This document shows, one piece after another, positions 54,355 to 64,000 of a stretch of DNA of 64,000 bases (the first letter of the stretch is position 1; each line of letters begins with the position of its first letter). The DNA lies in NCBI GenBank assembly GCA_030141605.1, contig JAQGDQ010000019.1, forward strand, positions 62,001-126,000, written 5' to 3'. The stretch comes from Tubiluchus corallicola (lineage: Eukaryota > Animalia > Priapulida). A program made the translations under genes and the position numbers. The notes under the pieces were generated by a model. The model ran no database searches and was not told the DNA's origin. It was given only the letters and a program-made list of their open reading frames with translations.

Positions 54355-55296
54355 TTCACCAGAGTTTCCTGAATCTACACGGTTACGACACCGATGGAAG
54401 TCACAGCATTACTTTGGGAGACAAGTAATCTTAACCTTAATTTAGACACTGTTTTGGAGAGAGTGAGAAAGAGGAGAGAGAGAGAGAGCAAATAAGGGCG
54501 TGAGTGAAAGAAAGGGTGGGTAAGTGTTTCGTTGTTTATGAAACTGGTTAAAGATACTGTATTGTCGTTCAGTGTTACTTAAGAAACCTTGTTTGATGAG
54601 ACTTATATTGACGAGACTTTGAGAGACAATTTGGTGAGATTTCGAGGAACATACGCGAACACAAAATATGGCGCTAATCCTGTCAGATGTGAAATATGAG
54701 AGCGCGCTTTTGGGAGACGCAAATAATTTTATCTCAAGCTATTATACCTTTTGAACAATCACGTTTAGACGCTTCAAAGGTCTGAATGTCATAATCTGTA
54801 CCACTGTTCAGTTTATTATTTCATTTTCCAACAGCCAACAAAAATCACAGAATATCGTTTACGTTGACGCTGTGTCCACTTCAAAACTTCACAAAACAAT
54901 ACACAATCTTCACAATTAGCAGTGATGCACACTTGCACAGTAACTATGGTTCACATAACACTAACGAACTGCAACAGTATCCCGGACGTGCTGACAGCAC
55001 CAATGCATCACGCAAACCATAAACACAGAATATAGTAGTGATGGTAGTGAAGCCACACAGAAGCTTGCTGAATAGCCTCCCGAAGAAAATCGATAATGAC
55101 AGGAAAGCCCTTAGCGGCTCAAAAATGCTAATTTCGATGAACTTAGTAGGCTGCTGGTAGGCTATTAACTCGAAACCACTTTGACGTGGCGTCGCTGTCA
55201 TTGCCACTACCTTAAATCACGTTCACATGAGTTTCGTGGATCGACTCGGTTATGGCAACGACGGATGTCACAGCATTACATTGGGAGACACGTAAT
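54355..55296. repeat. Pair of ~75-bp diverged direct repeats about 870 bp apart
   Basis: gagtttc..cggtta..gtcacagcattac.ttgggagaca.gtaat at 54355-54429 and 55222-55296. Confidence 0.85.
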
Positions 55297-56575
55297 ATGA
55301 TTGCTATACAGACACTTATATAACGAGTACAGTAGGGGTATAATTATTTTGTTTAGCTTTTTGTACACTTAAGAATGTGACTAAATTAATAATTTTCATT
55401 GTTATAATATGCTTAAAGTAAGTATTGTACGGAAAAACGGCCTGTCTACTGCATTTTTTTGTGTACGTACGCGTTTCAGAAGTCAAACATTTCGCAATTT
55501 CGAAAAAGTGCTTTGCTGCCAGAACAGTCACTTTGAAATTAAACACATAATGATTTTTCGAAAGAACAGACAGAAAAATAAATTCTGTTTCCTTGGTCCG
55601 CAGTGTCAGGCAAAAGATTAGCAAAATCTAATTTTTTTGGTCATCTCTAACCGGAAATTCAAATAATAAATACCGTACAGCACAGTTTCTCTGCCGAAAT
55701 TACGCTCTCAACTGTTGTTAGATCCATTTAGAAAATCCTAAAAATTTCCTTGTTTTCTACAAGATGTTAAACACAAGAACTTCAAATTTACGTCGTCAAT
55801 GTGTTGCGTAAATTTATATAACGACAATAACGGAATTTAAACGGAATTATAGAGTTTCCTGTTATCAATATTTTGCGTAAGCGACACCTATCGACCCCTT
55901 GAAAATAAACTAAAGTGTCTCCCGCCGCTTTTTACTGCATTAATATTTATAGCTACATTTTTACTTAGATGCAAATGTTAAATTTTTTACAAAATTCATT
56001 TTTTCTTGCTCTGATTTCTTTCCATTTCTTTCCTAAAATGTTTGTGACTGTCGGAAATTCTTTGTAATAGTTGGCTTATCTAAAATAATCTTGCTTTACA
56101 TTCTGGAAAGTGTGAGATTATCCCATTAAACGTAAGAGTAAATGATAAAGATTTTTCCATGAATTTTAACTTATTTAAGGAGAATTATTTGTGGAAACAG
56201 CTCCAAAAGATATCTTGGAGTGACTATTGGTAAAACGCTGACTAGCTCTTGTTTTGTACAAAACTTTGTACAGAAATGCAACTTCAGCATAGTACTTTTA
56301 AACAGACATTCACAATACTTTCCACCAATCTAGGAGGACACTTAGACTCCCTTTAGTTCAAAGCCACATCGATTACGCAATTCCATCTCGGTAACATAGT
56401 TTTGATAAAACGTCTATGCAAAAAGGTATTCAAAACAATTAAGGTATATCTGTCAAGTGGAACCTAGAAAGCATGCCATATATCTGTCCATAATATTTCC
56501 ATGCTAATTTTGTTTAAAGTAAATAATTCTCAGTTATAATACTTGGCACAGCATGTGTAACTTGGTGGTTTCCTA

Positions 56576-56639
56576 GATTAATAGTATAACGAAAACAACC
56601 TTCTACAGATTAATAGTGTAACGAAAACAACATTCTACT
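56576..56639. repeat. 32-bp tandem duplication
   Basis: agattaatagt(a/g)taacgaaaacaac(c/a)ttctac twice. Confidence 0.9.
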
Positions 56640-57240
56640 ATTATAATGGGATAAAATTATGGAAAGAATTATTTGAGGGAATAAAGTCTATCAAAAGTAA
56701 AGCGAGGTTCAAATCTAGTCAGAGCCGACATCTTTTTAATGAGGCTGAACTACGTTTAGAAAACGTGTATCTCTATTATTAAAATCCTAGCCCATCTGGT
56801 CTTGTTTTTCTAGCTCACCTAATCTTGTTATTCTTGTTAAATCTAATTTTGCACTAAATGAATTTCTCAAATGTATGACCACATTTCTTGACATGTGTGA
56901 ATCAGCGACAGATGTGGCTTACTTCTTAAAGAATATGCTTTAGTCTGTTACTCACTCCTACTATCCTAAGACAGAGTGTTATTGGAAATTTTGACAGTAC
57001 GTTAATTATAACCTGCACTCGAATATGGGACCATAATTTTACTGTAATTTCTGATTTTAAATCGTCACTTTGTTCATAGCACACAAGTACTTACTGAATC
57101 TCCGTCATTCCCGCTTAATATGTGACAGATAGTAATGATGCATGTGTACATTTAAAACTTTATTTCTTATATTTCTTTATACTAAATTGTTCACAATTTT
57201 ATTCAAATGTAAACTGTTATCTCAACTGTGTATTAGTGTA

Positions 57241-57630
<390 letters not shown>

Positions 57631-58334
57631 GACTTACCACCTATTCAAAAATCATTTATTACTAGTTAGAAATCAATTGTGAGTGATAAGAAAAATATTC
57701 CCATTGTTAATTGGGAAAAGATTTATGATTTCATTGGCAAACAAAAACAGAACAATACAGGATCACAAACCTAACATAACAATATCTGGGTAAGACGTAT
57801 GAACAGCCATAACAAAGTCACAAACTAGTGCATTAAAATAATAACTAACACATTAAAAGAACTACTGAGATTTAAAATAGGTTGTGATGATATAATAATA
57901 TAAGCCAGACTATAAATAATTACTAATTTTGACAGATATTAGGTAGCTGACATTCTAAAGGCACGTAATTATAAATTTACTATTTTATGTAATATATGAG
58001 GAGTGTATTTCGGGTTAATATGTTTAATTTAGATCTATATTGGTTAAATACAAATTTACATACGAAAGCTACAATTTCGGTATCATTAGTTCCTAGAAGA
58101 ATAACTGTATAACTACAAAAGAATAGCAAAACAGACCACAAAGTCATGCAAGAACGCAGCGTCAGAAAAAGATGACTGTGATTATTATTTTTGCTTGTGT
58201 ATGAACGCAAACGTCCCTTAAAAGCATTGAAATGAAATTTTCGTAGCTTGTCACGTACAGAGTTGGAAAATTTGAGTAAAGCAAACCATGTTACGCAAAG
58301 TGTATTGCAGCCCTGGGCTTATCTAGACACTCAC

Positions 58335-58363
58335 CTTTGCAATGTCATATCTTGAAAATTCAT
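58335..58363 (-). CDS. Weak candidate short PDE4 first coding exon (MNFQDMTLQ[S])
   Basis: ATG plus 29 nt ending in consensus donor AAG|gtgagt in phase 2; acceptor-like ctctctttccctag just upstream of the ATG. Short enough to be chance. Confidence 0.3.
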
Positions 58364-60587
58364 GGAATATTCAAACTCCTCTAGGGAAAGAGAGTTGCAT
58401 TATCCATCAAAAACCTCTTATCCTCACATGCGTTATCATGAAACTTTATGCTCAGATTCTTTATTAATATTTCCTCTGGCTTGATTTTACATGACAAAAT
58501 GCAATCAAAATTCATGAATTGAAGAGTCTGATGAAGGGTTTTGATCTTCACTTCATCTTTTTAATGCGACTGATCTCACATAAAGGAACAAATGAACATA
58601 CTACTAATTTTAAATTTAATTTAAAGTTCAGGAAGTTTATTTATTTGATTATTCCAAAAATAATGCTGTTGCTGAAATTTACCTGCAAAAACGGAGGTCA
58701 ACCTCGGTTTGGTAGCGATAGAAGTGATTGATTGGTTTTCAAGCCTTTTTTGTTTTTCCGTTTTGTGCGAAACTTTATTACCATCAATCTTGTATAGTCA
58801 CTAATAACCGTCGTTGCAACTACTAAACTACTACCCAAATCCACGACTACTACCAAGGGACAAACACATTAATAATGCCAACGGCCATAATAAAATAATA
58901 TAGTTAACAATATAATAGCAATCAAATTTAACTAACAAACTTATATTCTAATAAAATTTGTTGAAGGGAAATCATAATTTTGACAAATTGGTGTAAACAC
59001 GTCGAACAGTAGTATATATTACGTGTTATCTATGAGCATTTTCTTCTAAAGTTCTGGAACATAACTGGTATATAATTTGTACCAGTGTATAAGTATCCTC
59101 TGTTATTAATTACCGGATTCATCGTGTATTTTATTTTTGCATCCACAAGTTCACAATTGTATTCTACAATCAGACCACCCATTTTTCAATGGAACCGTCT
59201 CTTTAATGAAGCCGTAAATTCCTGTTGGGCATCAAAGGTTCTAGATAATGAGCTAACCGTCAAAAAGTAATTACTGTATGCAAAATTTTAGTCGGAAAAT
59301 TTCTAATATTGAGAAAACAGTCCCCCAGGGCTCATTAGTAGCGGTTAATTTCACAGAATTTAATGATATCACTAGGGAACATAGTAGTTCTATGAAGCAA
59401 GAACGAGTTTATAGGGAGAGTGAAATGGTTCGTTTGTTGTTCATTATTCGTGAAAAGAAACATGAGAAACAATTTAGTTGCATTGGCATAATTATATAAC
59501 TTGAATTAAGCAAGCATTGCAATTACATTCAAGCAACGCCCAACGAACAGCGACGTTTTTTTGTTTTGTAGTTCCGCTAAATATACATAGAATACTTTTC
59601 ATTTAACACTCAAGTACATAATCGAACTGCATCACCATGCATATGTTTAATAAAGAATTGATCCATAAAATAAAGAAAGAACCATAAAATGGCCGCGCGT
59701 TGATTAAAATTCAAACCAAGATCAATCTTATAATTATGTTTTTATGTAAATTTAGTAGTGGGGTAAGAAAGGTCTGCAGATCACGAAACTGCTAAGCATG
59801 GAGACAGGTTACAAAGTATTAAGCACCTTCATCGTCAATTAAGGTGGTCACGTGGTATTGCAATGGTCTATAGAACGCATTAAAATATTTTATTGATGAA
59901 ATTGCAAACCTAACTGTAACGTCAGGAAAGAGTTACTCCAAGAATGGCAGGAAAGCTATGTATTTGTAAAACTCATAAGCATGCATAACTCATAACCACT
60001 TTTACAAAAATTGCAGGCCAAATTACCCATATCATCAACGATAACCGTGATGCTAAAATTGCTAATTACCGCAATTTTTCCTGACTAACTTATAAGGCTG
60101 CAAACTGATCAACCAATCCATAGAAATAACCAATCGATATCCCCAAATGGGTGAAACATGTCACAACGCAATTCACTGAATAAATAAAATCACAGGCCAT
60201 GTTTATCGAAGCAAATGAGTGCATGAGTGTATAGAAAGCCATCATCGGTCAGACAACTTGTTATCATAGACAACTATGGTCACCATGTCTTTTTACTCTG
60301 TGCGATTATGTATTTATAGAATGTTATGTTAACAGACCCATGCCAACAACAACGACAGCAGCAGCAGCTACCATTCAATGATACTAACACCGAAATATCG
60401 CTGGTTAAAAAATCATTCAATTTAAAAATCTGTTATAATAACTTTTTGCTGAGAGGTGTCAGTTAAAATAAGATTAAGTAAGCTCAAATAAGTCTATTAG
60501 GAAAATATTTTACTTACCTAATATCCGTAAATCAATGTGTGCATGAAAAAAAGGAAACCAAATTAGTTAAACGATTTCATTAATTAA

Positions 60588-60875
60588 TTATTATCGGCAT
60601 TATCATCATCGACATTGTTATCATTATCATTGCCATTATCATGCCCATGGGGTTAATATCATCACCATCATTATCATCATTGTCGTCATCGTCATCGTCA
60701 TCAACAACAAGATTATTAATATTGCTATGACTGTTATTATTGGCGTTACATGCATCATTACACCATCAACATCACCGTCGCCGTCGTCACCGTCACCGCC
60801 ACCTCCGCCTCCACCGCCATCGTTTCCGCTACCACCACCACCACCACTATCACCACTACCTGCACCATCACCACT
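60588..60875. repeat. Imperfect (CAT/CGT/CAC)n low-complexity repeat
   Basis: Directly visible. Confidence 0.85.
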
Positions 60876-63800
60876 CGGCTAGTGTGTAAATAGAGTAAGC
60901 TATCTGCAAGTTTCCCGGAAAAGAATTGTACCAATGTGTAATAATTTTACATTCTTTAAAATAATTTTGCATTCTTTAAAATAATTTAAATCGTTTAAAA
61001 TAATTTTCTAGTGAAGAAAAAATAAAGGGTACCACCGAACGTCGGCTGCCGAAGGCTTATCTTACAAGGCATAGTGAATGCGCCAAGAGATATATACATT
61101 GGTGGGTTGAAAAAAAATTCACAGCGACATTGGATCAATTTGGATCGATTTCATTTAAGCGCAATATATATTTTCATTTTCGCACATAGATGGCGCTGCG
61201 ACATCAACACACAGTTACTCTGACTATAACTTCCATCCGCTCCAAAGTATAGAAGAAGCCATTTAGTCAAAGGCATATTGATTCACACAACTGAAGCCAA
61301 TTTTTCCTTTTCGCTGCTAAATTTTAAAATACAAGTGATTGTCAGAAGCCAAGCTAGTGGGAACATATTTAAACAAAAATTCCAAATCATAGACACAAAA
61401 CAGCATTCACAGGAATTTGCAACATCGAAGCACATGATGGCGCGACGACATCAGTATCACTCTGATTAAAGCAAAATTGAGCACCTCTGCCTTTGTGTAC
61501 TTTAATTTTCCCACAAATGTGCAAACAAGTTAGCATTAATTAAGTATGAAAATTTTAAAACAAATATACAGAGCTCCAATATAGAAATTCAGTTATTAAA
61601 CGAAAAGCCAAGTCTCTCGGGAAGTTGAACTTATTTTAATATTTGAGAAAAATGTTAGAGAATTTCAACAATTGCGATAAGCGCCTTTTGTAATTAGTAA
61701 AATTAGTTTAAAGTCGCGATTCGTTCACGTTTGGGAGAGCTCATTTTGAACGAAAACTGGAGCCTTTTGGTTACCGTGCAATACAAACATTTACTTGTCC
61801 CGCCTGGTACTAGAGCAAACTTTTTTTTACAACTATTATGAATTACAGACAATTCAAAAACGTTAAATGAGAGATCATTAATACAATTTTTTGTTTTTTG
61901 GCAAATCCGACTGTGTAATGGAAACCAGTTACAGATGATAATATAATAACCTATAATAACCTGCAACTCCAGTGACAAAGTAACAGAACAATTAACGTCA
62001 AGCAAGACGTCAATCATTCTCAGTCAAGCTCTACTGACTGCCCAATCAGCGTGCATATTTTTCACACACCCATAGAAGCTATTCATCGCCACGCTTTCGG
62101 GACAATTGCGGGACATAAGCTGCAACTATGTATTGCCGGTATATGTTATACTGTTCAGAAAATGCTCAACTTTTCATTACTTCGCGGGACGAAAATTGGC
62201 ATGGTTTTAAATTTTATTACAGATTGTCGATTGAAATTGCAGGTGAATTAGTGGAAATGTTTAGTGTAATTCCGATTTTTTAAGAAGAAATGCGCAACGC
62301 TTGCGTCTATGCAGACAACCCCACTTGGGGACCCACTGGGTAACGCTGTCTGGGTACTTGAACAGAGGTGACAATGAAATTTATAACTTTATATTGAAGC
62401 CCGAGTTAGCAAATATAAATGATTCGAGGTTAGCACGCATGTAAAAATTACAACTTGAGCACTTCTAAGTAAGTTTGTCAAGGTTGCAGGAATGGGAATA
62501 GCCAGCAATAGTTGAGGCCTAGCGGCAGAACTGAACTCATCCACGAGAGTCCGTGACAACTGTCAGGATTATGAGGTAAGGGAGCGCACACATAGAAACC
62601 CACATTCGGGCAAAATGTTTTCAGAAATTTTCATGCAAAATGGTTTCTTTCCTGGTCAGTTTTTTGAAAAACCCGATAAGACCTTCCCGGTCCAAATTAC
62701 TTCAAGTGTGACCAAAATTTATATATATATATGTAATATTTGTATCCTGAAATGCCATTTTTCTGATTATGAGCATGGTTGATGCCATTGGGACTTATGA
62801 GTAAAATGTAACTCGGGCAAGATCGTCTACGGAATAGAACAATCAAATTTATTCCATTTCCGTAGCCTAACAAACAGTTAGAAAAATGCAAAAAGTGGCT
62901 AAAAGCTTGCAGGCGGTCACATGATAAGCTAAATGTAGAAAAAATACGTCGCAGGTTGATGTGTTCATATATTTAAAGGCAAAAGAGACTTTCGTAATAT
63001 ATACTTTGTTGCCCATTTGTCTTAAAGCTAGGCTTAACTGACTGAGTTCCTTTGTAATAGCCGCCCGGCTAGCCACTCATGTCTCTGCAATTCGGTAGTT
63101 CTTTGAAATTTTGTCGCTACATTCTGCTTAAATTGTGAAGACACTTTTTGGGTTAAAGTTGTAATTTTTTGTAAAAATAACTTCCGGCTTGCAAATTTTT
63201 TGAAAGAAAAAGCACAATCAGTTTATCTGCTGATGGGATATTATAGTTGTCGTGTTGTTTACGAGATTTGTATTCAGCAGGAGCTGATGGCTCGACCTGC
63301 TTACGTCACAACGGAGGCGGAGCGATTGAGCAATATGCTTGGCGTCAATTATTTTAACAAGCTAAAACTGAAGCCTATAAGCTAAGTAGCCCGCCTGGTA
63401 CCTAATGTATGCTCACTATGCTCGCAGAGAATTCCATGTTTATCTGAAATTATATCATCATACGTATGCACTATGTACGCTGTGTTGTTAATTGATATGG
63501 TGACAAATTTTTAAAGCAGTTTTATCTTTAAAGCTAGAAGAAGCAGAATTTCTGAGTGAACTGCAGAAGTTTTGTTGGGCGTGTCTTCGTGCTGTTCAGT
63601 ATCCACCAGCATACGTGTTTTTTCAAGCCCGCAGCGAGGTTCGTTTGGCAGGAGATAAGACTAATTTAAATTTCTTTTGTAGTTTTAAGCAAGGCAGTTT
63701 ATGCGCGCATATATTATGTGGCTATTTCAGTATTTCTAACTGTATACTAAAATAGAACGAATGTCGTTCAAAAGTTGGTTTTTCCTTTAAAATGAATGAA

Positions 63801-64000
63801 AGCTATAAGTTTAAATGATGAAAACGCAGTAAATAAGCAGCTGTCGTTTATTTAAATGAATCCCTTGAAGTTTTTTCATGTTATAAGAATATACTTTTCC
63901 TAAAAATGATGTCGATTATGGTACATATAAATCTATATTCGTTTGAAGTTAAACTCCCAAAATTAAATAATATTTTTCAATCTTAACTTAAGTGACGTTT

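Noticed and set aside
54944-55207. 87-aa minus-strand ORF as another PDE4 first exon
   Set aside because: No convincing phase-2 donor and no recognisable motif.

Overview
AT-rich animal (probably invertebrate) genomic DNA; almost all tracked ORFs are spurious. The window holds the 5' regulatory half of a cAMP-specific phosphodiesterase PDE4 (dunce) gene on the minus strand. Two shared UCR1 exons lie at 22496-22684 ([15 protein letters not shown]..) and 1123-1224 ([17 protein letters not shown]..); UCR2 and the catalytic exons lie off-window, below coordinate 1. Upstream are at least three alternative first coding exons (44889-45025, 39812-40011, 24036-24196) and a weak fourth (58335-58363), each ending in a phase-2 GT donor that joins the FDVENG exon in frame. 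Two carry an RRHS PKA consensus, one also a PxIxIT-like motif, and one a di-cysteine/polybasic tract. The long introns contain MITE/foldback elements, a tRNA-derived SINE, a truncated L2-type LINE nested between inverted repeat arrays, local duplications and many microsatellites. No prokaryotic features, CRISPR arrays, rRNA or intact tRNA genes were seen. Gene and repeat identities come from manual translation and recalled family motifs, not database searches.
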